Shown: positions 37,246 through 52,839, numbered from the stretch's first letter. The stretch is 64,000 nt of DNA from Tubulanus polymorphus (GCF_964204645.1 NC_134027.1:20732560-20796559), one strand, 5' to 3'. A program made the numbers and translations. The notes: generated by a model from the sequence alone, not told the origin.

Positions 37246-37941
37246 GGTTTTGGCATGACTATGGAAGGAGAAAAAGTTGCGTATACTATGTGTGCTTCAC
37301 GCCTGAACTGTACAGGGTTGATTCTATCGGGTGGACTACCGACCCTTTTCAAATAATCTATCGGATGGACTACCCTATTCAATAATCTATCGGGTGGACT
37401 ACCGACCCTATTCAAATAATTTATCGAGTGGACTACCGACGCTTTTATAATAATCTACCGGGTGGACTACCGACCCTTTTAAAATAATCTATCGGGGTGG
37501 AGTACCAACCCTTTTCAATCAATCTTTCGGGTGGACTACCGACCCTTTTCCAGAAAATCTATCGGATGGACTACCGACCCTTTCCAAATAGTCTATCGGA
37601 TGGACTGCCGACCTTTTCAAAATAATCTATCGGGTGGACAACCGATCCTTATCTAAAAAATCCGTCGGCCTTCTCAAATAATCTATCGGGGGACTACCAA
37701 CCCTTGTAAACCAATCTAGTGGGTGGAATACCGACCCTTATAAAATAATCTAGCGGGTTTGGCATGACTACTAGAAGGAGAAAAAGTTGTGTATATAATG
37801 TGTGCTTCACGCCTGAACTGTAGAGAGTGGAATCTATCGGGGTGGACTACCGACCCTTTTCAAATGATCCATCGGGTGGACTTCCAACCCTTTTCAAATA
37901 ATCTATCGGGTGGACTACCGACCCTTTTCCAGAAAATCTAT
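37246..37941. repeat. 34-bp minisatellite (tctatcgggtggactaccgacccttttcaaataa) in two blocks, each preceded by the same ~70-bp leader
   Basis: About 15 units; leader ggcatgact...gaaggagaaaaagttg...gcctgaactgta at ~37246 and ~37756. Confidence 0.9.
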
Positions 37942-38103
37942 GCAGTCTTGATCGCAATAAAGACGAAAATTCAATTCTCTACCTGTAAAAAGATTGACAG
38001 CTAATAATCCAATGATTGGTTGAAATATTATTTTAATTGTCCGATTATTAAGATTTTCTCAATGTAATTTTCTGACTGTCTGTACAAATATTGAAATCAA
38101 TGG

Positions 38104-39062
38104 TTATTTGGATGAGTTTCTGTAACGGATTTTTGCACAGAAATATTCACGAATTTCTCGTCCTAATAGAAGATATATGTAAAAATTTACAACATAGTTA
38201 CACTGTTGGAACTGTGTGAAAATATCAAATAGGAAATATTTCCATTTCGTAGAGATTGACAGGTAAACCGTAACAGTGGATGGAAGTGTAAATATTGCAA
38301 ATGCTAGTGAAACTGTTACAAGCATTATTGTTGTACGTTTTGATTTTGTAGTTTTCTTATCAGACGAAACCATTTTTGATCCTCTCAACAACTGAAATAT
38401 TATGACTGAATTCGAGGTAATAATAAACGATAATGGTAGAAGGCAGAGGGCGATGGCTAGTGTCATGTATAGCATTATTCGGTCAATTAAGCTATGATAA
38501 CATCCAATAAAGTTGTTGGAAAAATGCACCGACAAAGTAGGTAGTAGATAAAGAATCAGTACATTCACTATGATTCGGTTATGATTAATATGGCACATCT
38601 TGCAAATCTCGGTGTACATATCAAACGAGATGCGAAAGGGAAGAGAACAACTGCCGCACGTTCTATAGATATAGCTACTATAAACCAGGAACTGATAAAG
38701 CCTGCGAGTTGCATTATGAATTCGTATATTTGACAACCGATCAGTGAATTCATCACAAATATTGGACCAGTTGCTACGTGCAACAGAACAAACTGTAAAA
38801 CAGGCATCAAAGTTAGATTGAAACAGAAAATGAAATCCCTGACTGATAAAACGATAAGATAGTTCGCGTAAGATAAACTCCTGAATCTGCGTCTTATCAT
38901 TATCAGGAAAGTAGCCGAATTTCCAAAGGCTCCGCCGAGCAGGAACAATAGTGGCAGAATTAGCAATGATAGCGTACGGTAGCTACCAGACCTGTGCACT
39001 ACAGACATGATGATCATGTAACTGTGGTAACTTTGAGCGATTTGCATCTGAGATGAATTCAT
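38104..39062 (-). pseudogene. Intronless rhodopsin-family GPCR with a 1-bp frameshift
   Basis: GAFGN, LSVRD, SWFIVAISIERAAVVLFPF in one frame; KRTTIMLVTVS, TLP, NYVVNFYIY in another. Frame switch near 38576. Confidence 0.85.
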
Positions 39063-39429
39063 GATTCTTGGGATAAAGAACTGTTTATGTGTGAGTATTG
39101 GAAAATGAATTTGAAATAGATTCATAAAGATATTCAAGAAGCTATTTTTCATTTGACACTCAATTATTATCGTCCACAGTTAACAGAAACTGGAAGTAAT
39201 TTCCAACAGTATAAATTCTATACAATTCACTCAGATGTATGAATGTTTATTAATAGTGTGTGACATATAAAATATGTAACTCACTTAGATATATTTTCGA
39301 ACACGGCAGAATATCTCTGATGAAATATGGTCTATTGGACAAGTTTCAAATTAACTTACAACTGTAGAACAAGAACCGATAGTCATCAAACACGTTAATG
39401 TATATATTCATGGAAATGTTATTTAGAGA

Positions 39430-39690
39430 AACGGATCAGTGAACTTATCACAAATATCGGTAAAACGATGAGCTAGCGTATGATAATGTGCGGAGCCTGC
39501 GACTTATCATTATCAGGGAAATCCGAATTGCCAAACGTTGCTAACAAATAAGTTAAGTTGTGAGGAAGCATGTAAATGTCAGTATTTGGACGTATAAATA
39601 TCGCAAATGCGACCGAAACTGTTACAAGAATATTGTTGTACATTTTGATTACGTAGTTTTTTGATTAGACGAAACTATTTTTGAACCGAA
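39430..39690 (-). pseudogene. Fragments of further GPCR paralog(s)
   Basis: 39432-39535 resembles 38738-38930 (TM1-3 region); 39604-39688 resembles 38298-38380 (TM6 region). Confidence 0.65.
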
Positions 39691-40207
39691 TTCGATGTCA
39701 TTAGTACCGGCCCATGTTCCCAAACAATGACTTCTTTCGCTTGATTGGAAAGTCTGTGATGTTTATAAGGTAGGTATTGATCTTTAGTACTAACAGTACT
39801 TGATCATTAATCATTGGTCCGAATTTAACCGGCTTGACCTTGAAAATTGTTGCTAACACTACATGCATTCATTCTGTGATCTCATTTTACATTATTTGAG
39901 CATGAATAGAAAGATTGAATGTCTTAAGCCCAACGCACACGGCGTTGGGTGGTTGGTCGTTGAGACGCGATCGTCGCTGGCTTTCAGTGATGATTCATAC
40001 GTACCAGCTGGAAATTTGAAATTGTACAAAATCTAATCTGTACTAATCTTTAGCTGCAGTTACGCATAAATCATCGAGTGTTCGGATTATACAATGGTTA
40101 ATTCATTGCAAAACACGTCATTGAGTGTTGCAAGGGTTTGGCAGGCCGAGCATCGAAGTGCTGCGCCCAACTGCTTCGGAGTATCTTGGATACTTTACTT
40201 TGGCACC

Positions 40208-42591
<2,384 letters not shown>

Positions 42592-42712
42592 TGTTTGCTA
42601 ATGTTTTCCCTTATCGGTCAGGCTGCATCTATACTTCTCATCATGCTCCACGACGTTGCGCAAATGAACCTTATTCGGCGAGAATGCATGGAAAATAAGG
42701 ATTAGAATATGA

Positions 42713-44089
42713 TTTTTAGCCTATAGCGGGCTATTGCGTTCACTTTTAGTCCGTCCGTCCGTCCGTAAACGGAATCCAGTTATTTTGAGAAGTTTTGAAG
42801 ACGCTTCAAGGTAATGACTTAATATTTGGTTTGTTCATGGATCTACCCTAGATACATCTTCAGCCAAAAAACTGGCCCTGTCAGATTCAAGATGGCCGTC
42901 TGGCGGCCATTTTTGTTCACCAAAATCAGCACTTTTTACACAATTTCGAGAGAAATGTTGAAGACGCCTTTATCAATTACCTTGATCGTTCGTATATATT
43001 TGTATCCCCCGAAGGGCCCATCAGCATGAGAAAAGGTGGGTCAATCGGACTCAAGATAGCTAGCTCTCTTGTGAGCTTTTTTGTGCCCAAAAATGTAAAT
43101 TTTGGCCTGAATTCTAAGTCTTGTAGCTTCCTATTGGTTTACCATTTTTCATTGCAATTTATGACGGGTATTCTTTGGAAAGGGACCTTTTATAGCTGAG
43201 ACAGGTATTTTTGATCAGGTAATTATGACGCATGGCGTCCTTATGGCGACCATCATGGTGTCATCAGTACTCATTCGTAGGAAGAAAAAAGTTTTTCCAC
43301 ATTATACTGATATTTAAGCATATTTTGTTACCACAATCGATTGAAAAATTGTAGCACATGAGATGGTCTATGATCGTGGTGAGTTTCAAGGTCATTGGTT
43401 TTTGAATATGGCCACCAGGGGGCGTTGAACAATACAATAACTTAGTATTTCTATATGGTATTCGTACCTTTGCATATTTTGCTACCACAATCAATTGGAA
43501 AGTTGTAGTTCATGACATGGTCTATGATCGTGGTGAGTTTCAAGGTCATTGTTTTTTTGCATATGGCCACTAGGGGGCGCTGAACAATGCAATAACTTAG
43601 TAATTCTATATAATATTCGTACCTATGCATATTTTATTACTACAATCAATTGGAAAGTTGTAGCTCATGACATGGTCCTTGATTGTGGTGGTTTCAAGGA
43701 TATTAGTTATTCTATATGGTCACTAGGGCACGTTGAATAATAGAATAACTCAGTATTACCTTGTTATGTTGGTTACCGTGATCAGTTGCAAAGTTGTAGC
43801 CGATGATATGTTCTATGATTATCGTTAGTTTCAGGGTCATTGGGCTTCGCATATAGTCAGCGGGGCGTTCAATAGTAGAATAACTTAGTATTTCCATAAC
43901 ATTTTGGTAACTAGTCATACTTTGTTATGCCTACCACAACCAATAACAAAATTGTAGCTGCTGACATGTTCTATGATTGTGGTGAGTTTCAAGGTCATTG
44001 GATGGGGCATTGAATATTGAAATTTGTTAGATTGTGGAGCATTTGAAACCACTTCCCAAGTGGGGACGGTGTCCCTGGACCCCTAGTTT
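42713..44089 (+). mobile_element. Helentron-associated non-autonomous element (HINE/DINE-1/pearl-like) with internal ~150-bp satellite
   Basis: Starts TTTTTAGC, then a (GTCC)n microsatellite and ~4.5 tandem units of ~140-157 bp (43315-44010). Ends with a gggac..gtccc hairpin and CTAGTTT. Confidence 0.75.
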
Positions 44090-44539
44090 CGTTTTTGCGC
44101 GGTGAGATTTTTGCCTATTGAAATTTGTTTGCGCGTTTTCGTGGAGGCTGATTTAAGACAATATAGGAGTGGGTTGGGCGCCTCAAAGGACCCTGTCACA
44201 TTCCACGTTTTGAGTGAGGGCAATTAGGCATTAGAAATATGTAAATCATTGGATTAGAAAAAGTAAATGCGTAAGTGAATACGTCAGAGAAATTTCAGAA
44301 ACACAGAAAAATTGAAGGAGGGTAGCAAATGACTCACTTCGTTCAATATGATGGATGATTCGGGCCATATCAAAAGAAACACCTAGCATTCACGCTCCAC
44401 TAAATGTTTTGCATTATCCACTTTTCGTCTAAACACTACATTAAAACCAGCTATTCGTTATAACGCCTAGTAACAACCTTTCGTTTTTACGCCACGTTAA
44501 AGCTAACTTGCAGTCGACATAGTTGAATTTACGCGATGC

Positions 44540-44625
44540 ACTTAGTGTAATGTGCAGGATACTGGGTTCGGGAACCCATGACCTGGCTTTCTGGAGTCGA
44601 ACGCTTTAACCACACCGTTAGCTGA
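44540..44625 (-). mobile_element. tRNA-derived SINE head relic
   Basis: Minus strand ggtgtggttaaagcgttcgactccagaaagccaggtcatgggttcccgaacccag has A- and B-box-like motifs but no complete cloverleaf. Confidence 0.5.
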
Positions 44626-44859
44626 AATAGATGTATGCGGCTTTACTGTGAATTGATATCATGATTTTTCATGAATTGACTGACTTTCGGGAATACGTAG
44701 ATACGATGGGAAAACCAAATTACTGCAACAACTAGCAATGTTGATGTCGGACAAGGTTTGGGAGGTTATTATGGGGATGCCCAGATGACTCTGAACTCTG
44801 GAGGGTTCTTGGTCGTTTCGGTTTCTCGATTTCCCTCACCACAGTGATAACCTTTGAGT

Positions 44860-45166
44860 GTGGCGGTGGTGTAGGTTGTGGTGGTTGTAGTGGTTTGGTG
44901 GTAGTAATGGTGGTTTAGGTTGTAGTGGCAGTGGTTATGCTTGTTTAGGTTGTTGTGGTGGTGCGGGGATGCTAGTTGTGGTGGTGTAGGTGGTGGTGGC
45001 GTAGGTGGTGATGGTTACAGTGTTGATACTGGTTGTGGTGGTTGTTGGGATGCTAGATGTGGTAGTGTGGTGGTATTTGGTTGTGAATGTGGTAGTGGTG
45101 GTGATAATTCATCATTCAATATTGGAAGTGGTGGTTTAGGTTGTAGTGGCAGTAGTTATGCTGGTT
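44860..45166. repeat. GGT/GTA low-complexity repeat
   Basis: Direct reading of the sequence. Confidence 0.85.
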
Positions 45167-46165
45167 GATCGCAGAAGATAGAGCGAAATGTGGTTTGAGG
45201 TTTGGTGACGTAAGATTACCATTGGTTAATTTTATGTAAAACCTCAAAATGAACTAATCCTTACTCAAATGAAAATTCAAAACTGCAGAGCTGGCTCCAT
45301 GTTTTAGCTCAGTACGAGCGCGGGAATTTTTTTCGCAGCGTAATTAGCGCAATATGACTCATAATATGACCGTTCTAAATTGATCAGTAGAGTGCATCAG
45401 TTACGTACGTGTTAGCTTTATTCAAATTGTTTTGACATTAACATCGTGAATGCGTGGAATACTAAACAAAGTACGGATGCCAAAAGAAGATACATCAATA
45501 CGCAGAATTTGTGAATCCATCCTACAGTTAAGTAGTGAGGCCGCAACTGCAATGGTTGTAATGTTGTCGTCGAACATTCATAAGTTGTAAGCCGAAATCT
45601 CTACAAAACTCGTCGATTGTTCCATGGTGAACCTGTTTAACTAAAAGTTTAGCGTATTCAAAGTTGAATCCAATCAGCATTGAAAACTACGTACTATGCG
45701 TTATTTAAGAGGTACTGCATGAATCGGGCTCTATAAGTTGTCATCAATATCGGGGCTAGACAGGTTAGACAGGTTGCCGGTCAATTCAATACAATTGTCT
45801 ATACATTTAATGTAATGAAACAATGAGATAACTTAATATTGTTCCTAGATAAAGTATGTCAATCGTAATCGATGCTATATACGGCAATATCATATGTGCG
45901 CTCTATTTCTAAAAGGAGTCAATAGACTTTTAATAAAGTTTACTTTGTTTTTGTTAATCAGAGCTTCAACACGTAACATGTGACGATTTTTCATCGTTTA
46001 CCTCGATTACTTTTATTGATAACACGTAGGAATTCATTTCATCTTTGATGTAAAATAGCATACATGTTAAAGGTGAACTCATTTTGTGAGGTTTGTGGTG
46101 AGTTATTTCATTCAACTTACTGAAACTGAAAGGAATCACATTTTCCCATATTCAACATGATTATA

Positions 46166-47248
46166 TCATAGTACTTTATTATTTCCTGGGTTTACAAAAG
46201 CCGTTTGTTTGTGGCAGGCGGTGTTTAGAATATCGATAGCTACTTTTCTGAATTTTTCATTTGTCGCGCAATACACGATAAAGTTTACTGACGAATCAAT
46301 TATAGAAAATCCCAACGCCATTTGCCTCATCCCGTTCAAATGTGGGATATAACCAAAACTCATCAAACGATCGACAAAACCAAAACCTTCGCAAACGATG
46401 AACAACAAAACTACTGATAAAACCATCCTTAAAACTCTTGTTTCCCTTCTAGACGATTCTTCGGTCACACCGAGCTCTGTACGTCGGATAACTAGACGGT
46501 GAAATGTAACTGAAATAAGCAAAACATTGATAACAACTAAGAAACAGATTGGGATCATGACAGTGAGATACAGGAATAGATACAGTTCGGAAATATTATA
46601 CCGCCATCTTGCTTGGTCAAACCACTCGGGGTAGCGATAAACTTTAACACGTAACGTAATATATGGCCATTGAACAGGACAATTCATAAATCGAAGATGA
46701 TATTCGGGTAGGAATTGAATGAGATGACCCAAAAAACTAACAAGTAAAATAAACGCCATCGCCCATACTGATATATACTTCTTGGGAAATTTTCGAGATT
46801 TTATCGGAAACAATACAACGATTAACCGCTCTAGACTGAGCAGTACAGTGCACCAGTTACGCGTCATCTGAAACATGTAGAAAATCGGCAGGGCTACCGT
46901 GGTAAAAATCCAACCAAAATGCCAGTCATTCCAACGAAACACGATGTCCCCCAAAACGGCGTAAACGTACGCAGTTCTCAGCGGATAAAGAACGAATGCA
47001 GCGATCATAAATAAAAGATCGTTTAAAGCGAGAATTTTGATGAGAAAATAATTTTCAGATTTGAATTGTTTCAGAACTAATAACGTGAATGCGTTGAACA
47101 TTATACCCAGTACGGACGCCGGTAGATACCAGCATAAATATGTTAGAACACAGAATTTGTTAATCCATTGGACAGGATGAGTTTGAATCTCCTGACACAG
47201 GTTGAGTTGCGATGCAGTAGTTGTACTGGTAGTGTTGTTATCAAACAT
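46166..47248 (-). CDS. Intronless rhodopsin-family GPCR (FMRFamide-receptor-like), 360 aa
   Basis: N-glycosylated N-terminus, LALND, RNWCTVLLSLERL, RRETRVLRMVL, CE in TM6, DSSVNFIVYC. Confidence 0.9.
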   Translation of the reverse strand: MFDNNTTSTTTASQLNLCQEIQTHPVQWINKFCVLTYLCWYLPASVLGIMFNAFTLLVLKQFKSENYFLIKILALNDLLFMIAAFVLYPLRTAYVYAVLGDIVFRWNDWHFGWIFTTVALPIFYMFQMTRNWCTVLLSLERLIVVLFPIKSRKFPKKYISVWAMAFILLVSFLGHLIQFLPEYHLRFMNCPVQWPYITLRVKVYRYPEWFDQARWRYNISELYLFLYLTVMIPICFLVVINVLLISVTFHRLVIRRTELGVTEESSRRETRVLRMVLSVVLLFIVCEGFGFVDRLMSFGYIPHLNGMRQMALGFSIIDSSVNFIVYCATNEKFRKVAIDILNTACHKQTAFVNPGNNKVL

Positions 47249-48234
47249 CTCATATGCTAGCAGCCACTACCTCCGTAGGTTGTTCTATCGAGCTTCTATT
47301 TGCTAAAACTGTCAGTGATTTGAAATTCAATCAGTTTTTGTAGCTTTCCTTTCATGACGTAGGTTTCATTCAACAAAATTTAGTCCTATCACATACCTTA
47401 AAAAACTTTACCCATCTAATTATTTCATTGAATCATATCAACTGTATGAACATTTTATCGAACCATTCCCACAACATGCGACGAATATTTGCAGCTATAT
47501 TTCATTTTAAACTTTATCTGATATCTTAATTTGATTCATGCGGAAATTGAGTAATGGATTTTTTATTTCGCAACATCAAATCTGTACATTACATATGTGA
47601 TGAAGCTATTTTGTTATTAGCATTTTTCCTCCAATGTTTACTGATGGTTGAATATTTCACGATACGCATCTCTCAACAAAATTCATGAATTCACAACAAC
47701 AAAAAATGTGATGGCATGTATTCTATGATGATGCACATGCGTACATTTTACGTAAATTTAGAATCGTCCATAGGATTATAATCTATTATTTCCTATTACT
47801 ATTTCTATTATTTGAATTATCATTGATATGTATCATTACATGAAGCAACATATGACTATCTATCTATATTGCACCTCGCCCATAATGCACGTGGGCACAG
47901 TGCCGTATAAGTACAGCCGCCCTAGACTTGCACTGTGTCCCTCATCTGATGTATGTAAAATCTCTGTGAATTCCTAAAATGTAAAATACATTGTACTAAT
48001 CTTGTTGTTGATGGTTAAATTGTTACTAATGATTGTAAGCTACAGAAGAATAATGTATAGAATGTATTTAAACTGAATATTATATTGAAGTTATGGTTTC
48101 TGATTCGGACCACACCGAAATTTTTCGATCACGACAAATCTAAAAACAAGCTTGATCGCAAGAAAACAAATCTCGACGCGAGATATAGATAATCGAATAC
48201 AAACGAATGAAAAGTTCATAGGATGCTTCAATTC

Positions 48235-49516
48235 AAACTATTTTACAGTTGCTAGCCGCCATTTTGTTAGGGTACTTTTGCCCTGTATTGTTGGGTCATT
48301 ATTTTCTCCTTTTTAGAAACTATTTGTGATGCGTGTTTTATGCAAAGATCATTTTTCAAATTTGCAACAATGCGACATGAGAGCGATATAAAAATCGGTG
48401 GTCAGTTTTTGCCGCGCGCATAAAAATCCAGGGTACTGAACTTTGAAGTTCATTATTTTCAGAAATAACTTTCTAAAAAATCCAAACATTTCAAGAACTG
48501 TGCGCATAAACGCCCCGTTTCAAGTGAACTTAAAAATTTTAAGATATCTTGCCTAGTTTTTATTCTATGGCTCTTTAACTGCAGCGCGTGTATGGTTTTA
48601 ATTGTTGGTAGAGTTTCAGTTTTAAATATTACGTCATTAATACTCCATTCTGTTCTCTTTTAACGGCGCTAGTTCGTAATGCCTGTAATGGTAGCCGCTT
48701 TTACTGCAGGCCGAGGCTTACGTACATGCACCCAAGAAAACCCCAAATATCACTATTTTGTTGTAAATGCAATCCACACACTTCTTGCGTTTTTGGTGAT
48801 GGTAGATGTCACTTTTCACTTTTTATCACCTTTGTCTGACATTCAGACTTGATACTTGATATTTCACCACCAAAACAAGTAAACGCTTTCTTATATTTTT
48901 TCCCCGATCTAATCAATCTTGTGTGTACTTTATAGAAAGTATTCATAGAAAGAAGCTGAATATCCCCCCCATATGTCCAGCTTTTTGACCACTTCTCCAT
49001 CCATCTAATTTCAGTAGAAAGTGTAAATTGATTAATGGACTACTGATTTAAATGGTCATCATACTCGATTTTGAGTGTTATATTTGTTTTCTTCTTCCAT
49101 CTCAATATAGGCCTATATATTCTCTTCCCGCGCGTAACTTCGAATGGGCGCGTGATCAAAATGCCGCTCAGTCTCTGCTGCTGAATGGTCGGAAAAATCT
49201 TTAAAACCCAAAAATCTCTCATGTCTTCGATATCTATATTGCAGATTTTTATGCGCGCGGCAAAAACTGATCACCGATTTCTATATCGCTCTCATGTCGC
49301 ATTGTTGCAAATTTGAGAAATGATCGTTGCATAAATAAAAACTAGAGATTCACACGGTTTAAATGTTGCAAAAACTGTCAAAATCTATCGAGGGACAGAT
49401 GAGATATGATAAAACACGCATCACAAATAATTTTTTTAAAAGGAGAAACTAATGACCCAACAATACAGGACAAATGTACCCTAACAAAATGGCGGCTAGC
49501 AACTGTAAAATGGTTT
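48235..49516. mobile_element. Non-autonomous DNA transposon with ~190-bp terminal inverted repeats
   Basis: 48235-48428 is the reverse complement of 49243-49516, apart from a ~75-bp insertion in the right arm. Termini aaac(t/c)attttacagttg. Confidence 0.85.
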
Positions 49517-50052
49517 ATTAAAGAATAAAAAGACGCGTAAGGCGTAAAGAGGTTTTCGGTGTCGAGATTGCTTCTCGTTGATAACTCGACAATATATTTC
49601 TAGTTTCTGCAAAATATTAGTTGGTGAACACGTATGCTCGTATTTGTATTTTGTAAAAGAGATAAATTGAGAACCTACGCGTAAGTGGCTGTGAAACTAA
49701 CTTTAATACATGAAATAAGTCAAATTCAAATTCAAACATTATTCAGCATAAACATGAAAACATTGTTTGCAACGGATACATTTATACAGTAAAATCAAGT
49801 ATGTACATAATAGGACATAAAATATTCATCAGGTTCTTACTTTTATATCAGACTTCCGCTTAGAGTGGTGCGGTTGGTCTTCGCATTTTTCGACGTAACA
49901 TGTCCGAAATTGCGGCCTTTCACCAAACGATAGACAATAAGTACATTGAAAATACGGATACCAAAATGTACACTAACACCGTGCGCAAAGTTATAGATGG
50001 AACAGCGCACATATGACGCCTAAGTTAGGCGTTTTCTCATAACAGCCGAAAT

Positions 50053-50115
50053 CTATGTGGCTGATTCGGGCCATATTAAAAATGTTTCTGTACGGCTAAA
50101 GCAACGATGAAAAAC
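50053..50115. mobile_element. MITE terminus (TATGGTGGCTGATTCGGGCC family)
   Basis: Reverse complement of the 1245-1309 and 19410-19460 termini. Confidence 0.7.
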
Positions 50116-50159
50116 TGCGCATACTAACATTCATATCAGGATTGTCCAACCCTACAAGC

Positions 50160-51320
50160 AATTTTTCCAGCCTCCGATGTTGCCTTCACGAATAAAAGGA
50201 AATATAGTATTATCCTGAAATTTTGATTGGCAGTGATTAATCATAGGGGTTTCCTTCGTAGTTTTGAAACTCGTATATTATCGATTTTATCGCCGGACAG
50301 AGTTTTACCGTGGAAGGCGAAGAATTTAAGATTGTATGCTTTTGAGTCATTGCAACATCTTCTATTTCAGTAATAGAATGTTATCGCGATGGCGTTGTTT
50401 CCACCAACTGCAAACGTGCGTTTAGAAATCTCCATAAATTAATTTCCTGTTCAAGAAATATTGGAAGAAATCATCCCACGAACCTGAAATATTAACACAA
50501 TTTTGAACATATCTTGCACAAAGAAAAAAAATTGCTTATTTGAGGTTATTCATTAACAGCGATTCTCATCCATATTTTAGACGCATATATCTTCGACTTA
50601 CCTGGCAAATTTTACCAAGACTTTGATACGTCAACTGATGAAAATGATAAAACGAGACCAAAGTATCGTTAGGATTTCTCAGGACGTAGATAACTTTGGT
50701 CTTTTTCTCTCTTGCTTGTATCGGGAACATTCCAAATGGAAAGTGAGTTTGCATGAGGCGTGGACGAGATGAAAGGATCCTCCGCATCCAAGTGCAATAC
50801 CCTCTTCCAGGTCGGCTTCCGTCTAGCTAAATCTAATAGATCTTCATCGTCTGAAAGAAATGTTTCGCTTGCTCAGGTTGTCACTGTAAAACAGAAAATT
50901 AATTTTCCAAGAACGAATCGTTAGTTCTTCGTATATCTTATGAAATAAATATTTTGCATCAGATATTTTGCAGAAGTTAAATATATACCAGTTTTAGGAT
51001 AAGATGCAAGGAAAATGTCGTCTTCAAAAACCTCAATGTTTCTTTCTGAGTGAAGCAATCAGTTCAGGTGTCGTTTTTTGCTAAATTGTCATCAATGGAA
51101 TCCATTTCCATTCGCATCAAACTTTCCAGGCGTCTGTTAAAGGAACCTGCTGTTAGGCAACACCGACTGCTTCGCTGTTCGTAGCTTCAAACTGTCCAGG
51201 AGTCTTCTGCTGGGCCATACCCATTGTCCCTCGATCCATAACTTTAAACCGACCAAGAAATTGCCCCAGCCCTGCAATTCTTCACTGCTCAACCTCAAAA
51301 GTCGGTGCAAAATCTTCATG
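50160..51320 (-). pseudogene. Inverted sulfotransferase pseudogene (copy B), retains 3-exon structure
   Basis: [43 protein letters not shown]; many indels and a truncated 3' end. Confidence 0.88.
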
Positions 51321-51720
51321 GCCAAACCTCACCTTGTTGGTGCAATATCTTCAGTGTCCAACCTCGCTAGTTAGCAAAATTATGCAGATAAATGGAACAC
51401 TGACCAGAAGTCGACTGATTGGGTTGAAGTCTTCAGGTAAAATGTGTAGTGTCAGATTATTACAATAGTATCGCTGAGGTCACAGAGAAAATGAACATTT
51501 AAATGGGGCACGATATTTTCTTTCGTTTACAAGTTTCGTTTACAATTTCTATGGCATGGACAATAAACATTTTATATTGTATTTAGAAAATAGACGAACG
51601 TATTATTCTAAGACTTGAATACTTCTTAAAATGCTAACCGGTCCATATACGTATAATGTACAATCGAATGACAACGTTGGCACTTTGGGCGAACTTACAG
51701 TGTTACTGATGCACCTAAGT

Positions 51721-52839
51721 ATGGCACTGTACAAGGCGCCTGGACAATTTGACGCAAATGGAAATGGATTCTATTGTAGATGTACAACAACATTTGAACT
51801 TGTTGTTAAAGTCAAAAACATGGACATATTTGAAGATGACTGTTTCGTAGTGTCTTATCCTAAAACTGGTAGGGATTTAACTTCTGCCAAATAGATCTTT
51901 TGATTATGATATTTCTATAATCTTGGCGAAACAACGAATACTTTTCATGGAAATAATTTTCCGTTTAAAGGGACGACTTATACTGGATGGACCTTGTTTT
52001 TGATTTTCAATGAGGGGGATCGTGAAGTTGCCAGACGAAAGCCGATCTGGGAAAGAGTACCGTACTTGGGTGATGGACCTTTCACGAAGATAGAATGTAT
52101 GTCTCGCCCGCGCCTGATGCAAACTCACTTCCTATTTGAAATGTTCCCGATACAAGCACTAGAGAAAAATGCTAAAACCATTTACGTCATGAGAAACCCG
52201 AAGGATACTTTGGTCTCGTATTATCATTATTATAAGTCGTGTAAAAGTCGTGGTAATTTCCAAGGTAAATTGAAAGTATGCGAGTATTTTTGAAACTTAA
52301 TAGTGATTCTATCACGTTGGAGAAAATCGATTTCAATGAAATGTTCTCAGGTATACACAGTATTTATTCTCTACGCCGTACTACAAAACCGATATTTATG
52401 TTGTGTTGATATTTCAGGCTCGTGGGACGATTTCTTCCAACTTTTCTTGAACAAAAATCTAATCTACGGAGATTTCTACGACCACATCCTCAGTTGGTGG
52501 AATCAGCGACATCGCGATAACATCCTGTTCCTGAAATATGAAGATATGGTCACCGACCCGAAATCAAACATCCTGAAAATCTGCGCCTTCCTCGGTAAAA
52601 CTTTGTCCGACGATAAAATCGATAATATCATAGAGCAAACGAGTTTTGAAAGTATGAGGGACAACCCGATGACTAATTACAGTCAATCACAATATCAGGA
52701 TAATAGAATATTTCCATTTATCCGTGAAGGCAAAATCGGAGGCTGGAAAAAATTCTTCACGGTCGAGCAATGTGAAATCATTGATAAGATTCACGCAGAT
52801 CGTTTGGCAGGAACTGGCCTCAGTTTTCAGTTCGAATAA
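51721..52839 (+). CDS. Cytosolic sulfotransferase copy C (3 exons)
   Basis: Exons 51721-51868, 51971-52264, 52418-52839. Motifs YPKTGTT, RLMQTH, RNPKD, REGKIGGWK. The start may lie further upstream (51631 or 51709). Confidence 0.88.

Noticed and set aside
37246-37941. CRISPR-like leader + hairpin repeat array
   Set aside because: Units are contiguous with no unique spacers, there are no cas genes, and the context is eukaryotic.
44540-44625. tRNA-Trp gene
   Set aside because: The acceptor and T arms do not pair properly; better explained as a SINE head.
44941-45168. Gly/Cys-rich ORF
   Set aside because: Translation of GGT/TGT low-complexity DNA with a non-ATG start and no splice support.
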